Source of the DNA: the human T2T-CHM13v2.0 reference genome, Homo sapiens
Assembly (NCBI RefSeq): GCF_009914755.1
Contig: NC_060938.1
Length of the DNA stretch: 64,000 nt
Direction: 5' to 3' (one strand)
This document shows, in pieces, positions 13,089 through 26,134 of the stretch. Both the position numbers and the translations under genes were made by a program. Within the stretch, counting starts at the first letter, position 1. The number at the start of each line of letters is the position of its first letter. Under the pieces are notes generated by a model. The model was not told where the DNA came from. It saw nothing but the letters and a program-made list of their open reading frames with translations, and did no database searches.

Positions 13089-15005
13089 GTGTACCATAAT
13101 AGAAAAAAGTTGCAATTCCTTGCCTCCACTGTGAGACAAACCCCAGCCACATCTCCAGCACACAAGAACTTCCAAACGCCTGAACCGCAGCAGCCAGGCG
13201 TTCCTCCAGAACCTCCTCCCACAGGAGCTTGCTACATGTGCCGGAAATCTGGCCACTGGGCCAAGGAATGCCCGCAGCCTGGGATTCCTCCTAAGCCGTG
13301 TCCCATCCGTATGGGACCCCACTGAAAATCGGACTGTTCAACTCACCTGGCAGCCACTCCCAGAGCCCCTGGAACTTTGGCTCAAGGCTCTCTGACTGAC
13401 GCCTTCCCAGATCTTCTCGGCTTAGCAGCTGAAGACTGACACTGCCCGATCGCCTCAGAAGCCCCCTAGACCATCACAGACGCCGAGCTTCCGGTAACTC
13501 TCACAGTGGAAGGTAAGCCCGTCCCCTTCTTAATCAATACAGAGGCTACCCACTCCCCATTACCTTCTTTTCAAGGGCCTGTTTCCCTTGCCTCCATAAC
13601 TGTTGTGGGTATTGACGGCCAGGCTTCTAAACCTCTTAAAACTCCCCAACTCTGGTGCCAACTTAGACAATACTCTTTTAAGCACTCCTTTTTAGTTATC
13701 CCCACCTGCCCAGTTCCCTTATTAGGCTGAGACACTTTAACTAAATTATCTGCTTCCCTGACTATTCCTGGACTACAGCCACATCTCATTGCCGCCCTTC
13801 TTTCCAATCCAAAGCCTCCTTTATGTCCTCCTCTTCTATCCCCCCACCTTAACCCACAAGTATAAGATACCTCTACTCCCTCCTTGGCGACCGATCATGC
13901 ACCCCTTACCATCTCATTAAAACCTAATCACCCTTACCCCACTCAAGGCCAATATCCCATCCCGCAGCACACTTTAAAAAGATTAAAGCCTGTTATCACT
14001 CACCTGCTACAGCATGGCCTTTTAAAGCCTATAAACTCTCCTTACAGTTCCCCCATTTTACCTGTCCTAAAACCAGACAAGCCTTACAAGTTAGTTCAGG
14101 ATCTGCACCTTATCAACCAAATTGTTGTGCCTATAAACCCCGTGGTGCCAAACCCATATACTCTCCTATCCTCAATACCTGCCTCTACAACCCATTATTC
14201 TGTTCTAGATCTCAAACATGCTTTCTTTACTATTCCTTTGCACCCTTAATCCCAGGCTCTCTTCGCTTTCCCTTGGACTGACCCTGACATCCATCAAGCT
14301 CAGCAAATTACCTAGGCTGTACTGCCGCAAAGCTTCACAGACAGCCCCCATTACTTCAATCAAGCCCAAATTTATTCCTCATCTGTTACCTATCTCGGCA
14401 TAATTCTCATAAAAACACACGTGCTCTCCCTGCCAATCGTGTCCGACTGATCTCTCAAACCCCAGCACCTTCTACAAAACAACTCCTTTCCTTCCTAGGC
14501 ATGGTTAGCGCGGTCAGAATTTTTACACAAGAGCCAGGACCACACCCTGTAGGCTTTCTGTCCAAACAACTTGACCTTACTGTTTTAGCCTAGCCCTCAT
14601 GTCTGCGTGCAGTGGCTGCCGCTGCTTTAATACTTTTAGAGGCCCTCAAAATAAGTAGAGGCCTTTCCTACAGGGTCTGAGAAGGCCACCGCAGTCATCT
14701 CTTCCGTTCTGTCAGACATAATTCCTCAGTTTAGCCTTCCCACCTCAATACAGTCTGATAACAGACGAGCCTTTATTAGTCAAATCAGCCAAGCAGTTTT
14801 TCAGGCTCTTAGTATTCAGTGAAACCTTTATATCCCTTATGGTCCTCCATCTTCAAGAAAAGTAGAATGGACTAAAGGTCTTTTAAAAACACACCTCGCC
14901 AAGCTCAGCCACCAACTTAAAAAGGACTGGACAATACTTTTACCATATTCCCTTCTCAGAATTCAGGCCTGTCCTCGGAATGCTACAGGGTACAGCCCAT
15001 TTAAG
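13089..15005 (+). pseudogene. Disrupted HERV-H gag(NC)-pro-pol
   Basis: CYMCRKSGHWAKEC zinc knuckle; protease site FLINTEATHS (DTG lost); RT motifs SPYSSPILPVLKPDKPYKLVQDL and YSVLDLKHAFFTIPL; integrase fragment at about 14655-15005. Many stops and deletions; env absent. Confidence 0.9.
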
Positions 15006-15081
15006 GTCCATAACACCCCCCAAAAAATTTTCGCCGCCCCAACACTTCAACACTATTTTGTTTTATTTTTCTTATTAATAT

Positions 15082-15094
15082 AAGAAGGCAGGAA
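15082..15094 (+). other. Polypurine tract of HERV-H
   Basis: AAGAAGGCAGGAA immediately before the 3' LTR. Confidence 0.85.
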
Positions 15095-15547
15095 TATCAG
15101 GCCTCTGAGCCCAAGCCAAGCCATCGCATCCCCTGTGACTTGCACGTATACGCCCAGATGGCCTGAAGTAACTGAAGAATCACAGAAGAAGTGAATATGC
15201 CTTGCCCCACCTTAACTGATGACATTCCACCACAAAAGAAGTGTAAATGGCCGGTCCTTGCCTTAACTGATGACATTACCTTGTGAAAGTCCTTTTCCTG
15301 GCTCATCCTGGCTCAAAAAGCACCCCCACTGAGCACCTTGCGACCCCCACTCCTACCCGCCAGAGAACAAACCCCCTTTGACTGTAATTTTCCTTTACCT
15401 ACCCAAATCCTATAAAACGGCCCCACCCTTATCTCCCTTCGCTGACTCTCTTTTCGGACTCAGCCCGCCTGCACCCAGGTGAAATAAACAGCCATGTTGC
15501 TCACACAAAGTCTGTTTGGTGGTCTCTTCACACGGATGCGCAAGAAA
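15095..15547 (+). mobile_element. HERV-H 3' LTR7 (453 bp)
   Basis: Near-identical to the 5' LTR (7 substitutions plus a 31-bp indel by manual comparison). AATAAA at 15483-15488. Confidence 0.95.
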
Positions 15548-16444
15548 ATGCTGAAATCTATTCACTGAACAATATAAATAGAAAAGCTAGAGAAACAGAA
15601 CTTGTGTTCTAAGGTGAGCAAAAGTCAGTGAAGCAAAAAAGATGATCCCCGTGTATAAGCTATACCAATAGTTGGGGTACTAATACCTAGCAGCGTGAAA
15701 GGTCTTTATAAACATTGACAAGGTATGATGAAGAAAAAAATTAGCACTACACATATCTCCTTCCCTTGATCAACAATCCTTTACTGTTCTTTCCAACAGG
15801 TGAGGTCCTGGCAAACTTGGTCTCATTCAAGTTTACAGGAAGCTGAGCATTCACTTGCTGCAGAATCCCAGAGGGTCAGCTCCCATAGAGAGAAAAATCC
15901 AAGCTAAGCATTTCCAACTGAAGTGTTTGTTGTCCATAAAATTTTCTTGTTATTAATGGAAAACACCAGAATTTTAAGCACAGTACTAGACTGTAAAGAC
16001 ACTTTCACCACAAAATCAGCAGAGCATGAACTTTCTATTTCTTCTACCTGGAATTCTCTTCCAGTGCTTGTCCACTCATTAAACCAGTCATCAGGCAATT
16101 TATCATGCTCAAATAACAATAACAATTCTTCACCAAAATTTCCAGCTTTTGTCCAGACCAACTGAGTTGCTTCTTTCTTTGTGTGAGAATAGCTCTTTAT
16201 AATACCCCCTCATTAGGACATTTGCCCCTATGCTTTCACTGTGAGATATTTAGGAGTAGGACATCAGAGTAAAAAGGGTAGTGTTTTTCATCTTTGTACC
16301 ACCAGCACCCAGAAGAGTATTTGACAAAGAATAGGTGCTCAATAAAATTTTACTGAATAAAAGAAAGTTGAATTTAAAAATTATTAAACCAAAACTCCAT
16401 CTAAGCTCTGAGTATTCATCAAACTTAATTTAAAATGATCAAAA

Positions 16445-16802
<358 letters not shown>

Positions 16803-17889
16803 TCATGAGCCATTTATTGACAAATTCTAGTTATGACAACTTGCAAGTTATTTCATTGTTCTACCCATTTAAACTTACCTATGTTTTATATTACTAACAA
16901 GGAGATGGCAAAGCATTTATCTATCAAAATGTAATGCACCACTCCCAAAAAAAAAAAATACAGTGTACTGTTTGCACTCCTTTGTACTTATTTGTTCATT
17001 TATACCATTGAACATTATTTTTAATAAACCATGTAACTCAGCCGAATGTTGACTCTGAAACCAAAATAAAGGCTACGTGGCTTTTTTCACAAGAGGGCTA
17101 GTATGTACATACTTTAATGGGGATTTAGCAAATTAGTCAAGATTTAAAGCTCTTTTCTGAGTGTAAAATAGCAACAGCAGAAGAGATAAAGACATCACCT
17201 CTAAGACCATCTGGTGTTGATTTCATAGCTATAGTTTTTACTTTTTCATTTTGTACCATATGGAAAGGTACTCTCCTACTGGGAAAAATATTTTGTCTGA
17301 AAAAGATTAGTTTTCTTTTTCATAATCCATTCTGGGGACACTTTATCACAGTGTAATATTTTGAACACCTTTATGACTCTGTAACTTTATTTTATAGAAA
17401 TTTTGGCTAACATTTATTTATAGCCAATCTTAAAGGATAATGTTGAATAAATTTAACTCTGCTGGGCCTCTGTTTGCTCTTCTAAAAAGTGAGAAAATTC
17501 TGTTACATAATTTCTAAAGGATTGCTTAGAGCAAGTTTTTATCATGATTAGGAAAACATCTGCACATATAGCCTCTTAATCTATGATATATCTATGTTTG
17601 GCTACTCAAATGTCTACATTGGTTCCATGATATAGCAAAGATTAAAAATCACATCAGGGGATTAATTAGCTAGGCCAACAATTACTACCAAATAAACTCA
17701 TTGTAAATTTAGAGATGTACGTATGTTCTATTTTAAGAAAAAATCCTAATTCAACATATATTTATTAAGTACCAATTGCATACCAGGCATTGGAGATGTT
17801 AGAAAAAAAACAGGCCAAAATCCTGCCCTTGTGGAGTTTGTAATTAGGAGACAATTGTAGCTCTTAAAATGTCCTAGACATTCTCCAAA

Positions 17890-18055
17890 AGCTTTGCATA
17901 CATTAACTCATTTAATTATAGGAGGTAGGTACTATTATTACTTTATTTTATTTTTTACCAAACTGAGAAACCATTTAGAAACACTTTTGATAACCCCTAA
18001 GTCACACAGCTAGTGAAAAGTGAAGCTGGGATTCTATTCTAGGGAATCTGGCTTA
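17890..18055 (-). mobile_element. MIR SINE
   Basis: gaggtaggtactattatt...aaactgag...aagtcacacagctagt...gctgggatt matches the reverse MIR core. Confidence 0.6.
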
Positions 18056-19004
18056 AGATGAATGTAAAAGGCTGTAGGTAAACTCCAATGCAAAATAAAC
18101 AAAATTCATAATTTCCAAGTTTGATTGAATATTGGATGATATTTAGGCCAGGAGAAGAATTAGTGCTGCCTCTCTAACAGAAAGAAGGAATAGCATTGAT
18201 GCCATCTAGTATATTATGAAAAAATTGGATAGAGTAAAAACAAACTTGATTTGCTAGTCAGAATTGCAGAAATATTCACCATCCAAAATAGAAGTTGAAA
18301 AGGATTTGTGAACCACATAAGTCATAATTACAAAGCCTAAATCCTGAAGTGTCCGTGGAAGAGGTTCTTAAGCCATTGCTCTGGATATGTTCACATCTCA
18401 CACATACAAAACTTTTTAATTGGCTCAGTGATTTAAATTCTCATAATCTAAGAGGTAACGAGGAGAAATTTAAAATGGAAAGACTTCTTGAGGCAGGAAA
18501 ATGGAGAGCAACAGTAGCAGTTGGTAATCTGCCAGCAAGAAAAGAGTGAAAGAAACAACTATCTAATATAGAACAGTAAATGGGGTCACAAAGTACAATA
18601 TTAACCTATCTTCCATATGTTTCAACTATCACCCCAAAATGCCAGATTAAAAAAGATAAGAGGTAATACACTTGAGCAGCTAGATGTTAGTAATAAGATG
18701 AAGATTTTGAGACACAAAAATTACATAGTTCTCCAAGGAAGAGCCTGACAAGGATGTAGATTGTCTGACTGCAGAGCTCATGCTCTTACTGTCTGCCCAG
18801 GCTAACTCTTTATCATGAACCTGTAATATGAACAACAAATGGGCTAAGTTGAAAGGACTGAGATGAGGAACCTGGAATGCAGAACAATGGCAAAGTTTAT
18901 TCAACAGTAAAAAAAAGCGGGAGAGGAAAGAAAAAGAAATGGGAAGAGAAGAGAAAGAGTGAGGAGAAAAAGGGAGACAGAATGAGAAAATTTTTTGCTT
19001 ATGC

Positions 19005-21788
19005 TTTTTTAAAAAATGTGTTATTTTATTTTAAGTTCTGGGATACATGTGCAGGACATGCAGCTTTGTTACATAGGTAAACGTGTGCCATGGTGGTTTT
19101 CTGCACCTATAAACCCATCACCTACGTATTAAGCCTGGCATTCATTAGCTATTTATCGTGATGCTCTCCCTCCCTCTACCCCTCAAGACAGGCTCTAGTG
19201 TGTGTTGTTCTCCTCCCTGTGTCCATGGGTCCTTATTGTTCAGCTCCCACTTATAAGTAAGAACATGCAGTATTTGGTTTTCTGTTCCTCATTAGTTTGC
19301 TGAATAAAATGGCTTTAAACTCCATCCATGTCCCTGCAAAGAACATCGTTCCTTTCTCTGGCTGCATAGTATTCCATGGTATATATGTACCACATTTGCT
19401 TTATCCAGTCTATCACTGATGGGCATTTGGGTTGATTCCATGTCTTTGCTATTGGAAACAGTGCTGCAATGAACATATGTGTGCATATATCTTTATAATA
19501 GAATGATTTATATTCCTTTAGGTATATACCCAGTAATAGGATTGCTGGGTCAAATGGTATTTCTGGTTCTACGTCTTTGAGGAATCACAACACTGTCTTT
19601 CCACAATGGTTGAACTAATTTACATTCCCACCAACAGTGTAAAAACATTCCTATTTCTCCACAGCCTCACCAGCATTGGTTGTTTCTTGGCTTTTTAATA
19701 ATCATCATTCTGACTGGCATGAGGTGGTATCTCATTGTGGTTTTCATTTGCATTTCTCTAGTAATCAGTGATGTTGAGCTTTTTCTCATATGCTTGTTGC
19801 CTGCTTAAGTATCTTCTTTTGAGAAGTGTCTGTTCATGTCCTTTGCTAACTTTTTAACGGGAATATTTTTCTCTTATAAATTTGCTTAAGTTCATTGTAG
19901 ATTCTGGATATCCACTGACCCCACAGAAATACAAACAACCATCAGAGAATACTATAAACACCTCCATTCAAACAAACTAGAAAATCTAGAAGAAATTAAT
20001 AAATTCTTAGACACATGCACCCTCCCAAGTTGAATCCCTGAATAGACCAATAACAAGGCCTGAAATTGAGGCAATAATAAATAGCCTACCAACAACAACA
20101 ACAACAAAAAAGGCCCACGACCGGATGGATTTACTGAAACTATTCCAAACAATCAAAAAGGAGGGACTCCTCCCTAACTCACTTTATGAGGCCAGCATGA
20201 TCCTAGTACCAAAACCTGGCAGAGATACAATAAAAAAAGGAAACTGCAGGCCAATATCTCTGATGAACATCCATGCGAATATCCTCAATAAAATACTGGC
20301 AAACTGAATCCAGCAGTACATCAAAAAGCTTATCCACCACGATCAAGTCAGCTTCAACTTGCAAGACTGGTTCAACATACACAAATCAATAAACATAATT
20401 CATCACATAAGCAGAACTAAAGACAAAAACCACTTGATTATCTCAACAGACACCAAAAAGGCCTTTGATAAAATTCAACATCCCTTCATGTTAAAAACTC
20501 TCAATAAACCAGGTATTGATGGAACACACCTCAAAATAATAAGAGCCATTTATGAAAAACTCACAGCCAATATCATACTGAATGGGCAAAAGCTGGAAGC
20601 ATTCCCCTTGAAAATCAGCACAAGACAAGAATGCCATCTCTCACCAACCCTAATCAACATAGTACTGGAAGTTCTGGCCAGGGCAATCAGGCAAGAGAAA
20701 GAAATAAAGGGTATTCAGATAGAAAGAGAGGAAGTCAAACTGTATCTATTTGCAGATGACACGATCCTACATCTAGAAAACCCCATCATCTCACCCCTAA
20801 TGCTTCTTAAGGTGATAAGCAACTTCAGCAAAGTCTCAGGATACAAAATCAATGTGCAAAAATCACAAGCATTCCTATACAGAAACAGTAGACAAGCAGA
20901 GAGCCAAATGATGAGTGAACTCCCATTCACAACTGCTACAAAGAGAATAAAATACCAAAGAATAAAATACCAAAGGAATACAGCTAACAAGGGAAGTTAA
21001 CGACCTCTTCAAGGAGAACTACAAACCACTGTTCAAGGAAATCAAAGAGGACACAAACAAATGGAAGAACATTCCATGTTCATGGATATGAAGAATCAAT
21101 ATGGTGAAAATGGTCATCCTGCCCAATATAATTTATACATTCAATGCTATTCTAATTAAACTACCATTGACATTCTTCCCAGAATTAGGAAAAAACTACT
21201 AAATTTATATGGAACCCAAAAAGAGCCCATATAGCCAAGACAATCCTAAGCAAAAAAGAACAAAGCTGGAGGCATCACACTACCAACTTCAAACTATACT
21301 ACAAGGTTACAGTAACCAAAACAGCAGGGTAGTGGTACAAAACAGACACATAGACCAATGGAACAGAATAGAGATCTCAGAAATAAAACTGCACATCTAC
21401 AACCATCTGATCTTCGACAAACCTGACAAAAACAAGCAATGGGGAAAAGATTCCCTATTTAATATATAGTGCTAGGAGAATGGGCTAGCCATATGCAGAA
21501 AATTGAAACTAGGCCACTTCCTTACACCTTATACAAAAATTAACTTAAGATGGATTAAAGACTTACATGTAAAACCCCAAACTATAAAAACCCTAGAAGA
21601 AAATCTAGGCAATACCTTTTGGAACATAGGCATGGGCAAAGATTTCATGACAAAAACGTCAAAAGCAATTGCAACAAAAGCAACAATTGACAAATGGGAC
21701 CCGAGTAATCCAAAGAGCTTCTGCACAGCCAAAAAAAAAAAAATGCCTATCATCCGAGCCAACCTACAAAATGGAAGAAAATTTTTGC
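19005..21788 (-). mobile_element. 5'-inverted (twin-primed) L1PA: 3' part on minus (about 19005-19911), inverted ORF2 part on plus (19912-21788)
   Basis: The L1 3'UTR and ORF2 end lie on minus and abut plus-strand ORF2 RT (ORFs 20125-21844; YLFADD). TSD TTTTTGCTTATGCTTTT at about 18992 and about 21782. Confidence 0.92.
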
Positions 21789-22394
21789 TTATGCTTTTAC
21801 GGTATAATGTAAAACATAAGAAGTGGACAAAAGGACAAAAGTGATCAACATTCTGCTGAATACACTCTAGACTAAAGGGCAGATAAAATAAATAAAAGCA
21901 TTCAAATTACATATAAATTCATACTTAACACATTCAAGCATTACAACTGTCAATTACTTTTAATTCCAGAAGTAATTTTATAAAATACAATAAGAATATA
22001 ATATCTTGATTGCTTGAGTTGGGTCACAACTCAGACAAGTACTGTGTCATATATACTTCAAATCTTACCAAATACTCATTACTAGCTCATGTCTGGGATT
22101 GCTGCTCTACCCTTTAATGGATATGTGTGCATTGAAGATGTCTGGATGAGGAGACTAATTCTAGAAGGCAGACGTGCCTCAATAAATTAAGGCCTTCCCT
22201 AAGAAACCCGAGAAATATATAGATTTTGTCTTGAATGTTTGTGTGAGATATTTGCTTTTCAGGCACAGATATATCAAGTTTTTTTTTATTTCTATGTTTA
22301 TATTGATATGCCTTCCACATGGTTAATTAAATAAAAAGAGGGGAAAAGGAGAAAGAAAAAGATTCAGAGCATCATTTGTTAAAAAGAAATGTAT

Positions 22395-24710
22395 CATTCA
22401 ACATAAGAAAATCAATTAATGTGATACACTACATTAGTAGAATAAAGGATAAAAATCACATGATTATCTTCATAGATGTAGAAAAAGCATTAGTCACAAT
22501 TCAGCACCCTTTCATGATAACACTCTCAACAAACTAGGAATGGTAGGAAATTACCTTATATTAATAAAAGCCTATATGTAACTCCCACAGATAATAACAT
22601 ATTCAGTGTGAAAATCAAAAAGGTTTTCCTATAAGGTCTGGAATACGGAAAGGATGCCTGCTTTCACCACTTCTTTTCAACACAGTAGTGTTAGTCCCAG
22701 CCAGAGTAATTCGGCAAGAAAAAAGAATAGGAGGCATTAAAACTGAAAAGGAACGAGTGAAACTGTCCCTGTTTGCAGAACATATGATCTTATTTATAGT
22801 AAGCCCTAAAAACTCTATGAAAAAATACTTCAGGAAAATTGCAGGATACAAAATAAATGTACAAAAACCAGTCCTGTTTGTACTATTAACAACAAGTTAT
22901 CTAAAAAGAAAATTTGAAAAACAATCACATTTACAATAACACCAAAAAAATTAAATACCTGGGAATAAGCTTAACTACGGAAGCAAAAGGCTTGTATACT
23001 AAAAACTACAAAACATTGGTGAAGGAGGTGAAACAGGACACAAACAAATGAAAAGACATCACATTTTATGGATTGGAAGACTTAATATTGTTAAAATGTC
23101 CATACTGCCCAAAGTGACCTACAGATTCAATGAAATCTCATTTAATATTCTAATGGTATTTTTTACAGAAATAGAAAAAAAATTCTAAAATTCATATGGA
23201 ACCACAAAAACCAGAAATAGCCAAATCAATCTTGAGGATGGAGAACAAAGCAGGAGTTAGCACACTAGCTGATTTCAAACTGTATTGCAAAGCTATAGTA
23301 ATCAAAACAGTAGAGCACTGGCATAAAGACAGACAAATAGACAAATGGAACAGAATAGAGAGCCCAGAAACAAATCCACAAATATATGTTTGACAAGTGG
23401 GTCAAGAAAACACAATGGGAAAAAGATAGTCTCCTAGACAAAGACAAGAGATGTTGGAAATATTGGATATCCATGTGCAAAGAAAAAAATTAAATCTGAT
23501 CCCTAACTTACACAATACACCAAAAACAACTCAAAGTGGACTAAAGGCTTAAATATAAGACACAAAATTATAAAACTACTATAAGAAAACATAGAGGAAA
23601 AGATTCATTCCATTGATCTTGGGAATGATTTCATAGATATAACACAAAAGCATAGAAAACAACAACAAAAATAAACAAGTGGGACCACATCAAAATAAAA
23701 AAAAGGTTCTGCACAGAAAAAAAAATAGAGTGAAAAGACAGCCTATTAAGTGGGAGAAAACAAAATGCAAACCACATATCCAATTGAGATTTCAAAATAT
23801 TTAAGGAAATCCCAAAACTCAATAGCAAAAAACAAACAAACAACAAATAACCTGATTCAAAAATGGGATAAAGATTTGAACAGACATTCTCCAAAGAAGA
23901 CACACAAATGGATAAGTATATGAACAAATGCTCAGTGTTACAAATCATAAAGGAAATGCAAATCAAAATCACAATAAGATACCAACTCACACCTGTCAGG
24001 ATGACTACTACTTTTAAAGAAAGACGATAAGTGTCAGCAAGGATGTGAAGAAACTGGAAGCTTTGTGCAATGCAAACTGGTGCAGCTGCAATGGAAAACG
24101 ATATAGAGGTTCCTCAAAATATTAAAACTGTGTCTATCATATGACCCAGTAATCCTACTTCCAGGACTGCTTATTTTTCCAAAAGAAATGAAATCAGGAT
24201 CTCAAAGATATATTAGGATTCCTATATTCACTGCAGCTCTGTTCACTACAGTCAAGAGGTGCACGTAACCTAAATGTGCATCAACTGATGAATGAATATA
24301 GAAAATGTGGTATGTACATATAATGGAATATTATTTGGCCTGAAAAAATAAGCAAAGTCTGCAATATGTGACAAAATAGATGAGCCTTCAGAACATTATG
24401 CTAAGTGAAATGAGCCCGAAAGAGAAATATTGCACAATTGCATTTATATAAGGTACCTAAAGTAGTCAAATTCATAGAATCATAGAATCAAAGGGTGGAA
24501 ATGTGGCTATCAGGGGTTGAGTGAGGAGGGAAATGAAGAGTTACTAATCAACAGGCATAAAGTTTAAGTCAAGCAAGAAGAATAAGCTCTAGAGATCTGT
24601 GGTACAACATTGCAATTATAGTCAACAATAATGTACTGTGCACTTAAAACTTTAGAAGCATATATTTCATGTTGAGTTCTTACTGCAATTAATAAAATAA
24701 AATTTAAAAA
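22395..24710 (+). mobile_element. Old 5'-truncated L1 (L1MA/L1MB class)
   Basis: Degraded ORF2 (ORFs 22688 and 23196: [22 protein letters not shown]), an L1M-type 3'UTR and an A-rich tail at about 24690-24710. Confidence 0.88.
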
Positions 24711-25466
24711 CCATGTTTTAAAAAATAAATGTGCCAAGGAGAGGGATTTAGTTCCAAGTTTTGCATGCAGTTAGAAGCCAATTTACTGAACTGAATTACA
24801 AAGCCATAAAAAAGTGTTTTACCTGAATAAAATGACAATTTTAAACTACAGACCTTGTAGTAGGTGTCATTACTTATTGACTTACCATAAATACTTAATG
24901 CTGCTTAGTACTGTTATCACAGATCTAATTTCAACAAGAGCCAATTCAAGCCTAACTATTCAAGGAGCTACATTTCTTATCAGGGATTTCAGACATTCAG
25001 AGCAGATTGTTGCCATGTTCTAGGACAATGCTCCTACATGATAAAGGAGGTATTTATTTTTTGAATAAGATAATACTGTAATGGAATACATATAGAAGAA
25101 CTAAATAGGTTACTACACAAAATTGAATATTGCTTAAAGAAATATTAAAAAGCAACAAAACCTTTTAATACTATTTTTAAATGAAACATAAAACATTGGA
25201 TCACCTATGAATTCACTTCCTCTCTGTCAATATTTTATTTCTCGAAGCTACTGAAAATACAGCTTTCAAATTCTAGTTCTGGTATTTTCAATACAGATTT
25301 TGGTACCATCACATTTCTCTTTTTTATCTGATTAATGAGCTACTGAAATATCCTTGTAGAGCAAAAACAAAAAATACCATTTGTTTTCAATATAGAATTA
25401 TTTTGTTTTCCAAGTTCTTAATGTATATGTGTATTGATTTGCCTATTTAACTCTCCAATGACTTGA

Positions 25467-25812
<346 letters not shown>

Positions 25813-25822
25813 TACATATTCT

Positions 25823-26134
25823 CTTTTTTTTTTTTTTTTGAGACGGAGTCTCGCTCTGTCGCCCAGGCTGGAGTGCAGTGGCGCAGTTTCGGCTCACCGC
25901 AAGCTCCGCCTCCTGGGTTCACGCCATTCTCCTGCCTCAGCCCCCCCGCCGCCGCCCCCGCCGTAGCTGGGACTACAGGCACCCGCCACCACACCCGGGT
26001 AATTTTTTGTATTTTTAGTAGAGACGGGGTTTCACCGTGTTAGCCAGGATGGTCTCAATCTCCTGGCCTCGTGCTCTGCCCGCCTCGGCCTCCCAAAGTG
26101 CTAGGATTACAGGCGTGAGCCACCAGGCCCGGCC
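25823..26134 (-). mobile_element. AluY-like element with a GC-rich internal expansion
   Basis: CpG-rich with gcaagctccgcc and ttcacgccatt diagnostics. TSD CTACATATTCT at 25812-25822 and 26135-26145. Confidence 0.93.

Larger units (their letters stand above)
10983..15547 (+). mobile_element. HERV-H provirus (4565 bp, internally deleted) with two LTR7, antisense to MDGA2
   Basis: 5-bp TSD ATGCT at 10978-10982 and 15548-15552. Paired LTRs, tRNA-His PBS, gag CCHC knuckle, protease, RT and integrase remnants, and a PPT before the 3' LTR. Confidence 0.97.

Noticed and set aside
13437-13439. TGA after ...AAED as a hypermutation stop
   Set aside because: Probably the natural gag terminator before pro, so it was not counted.
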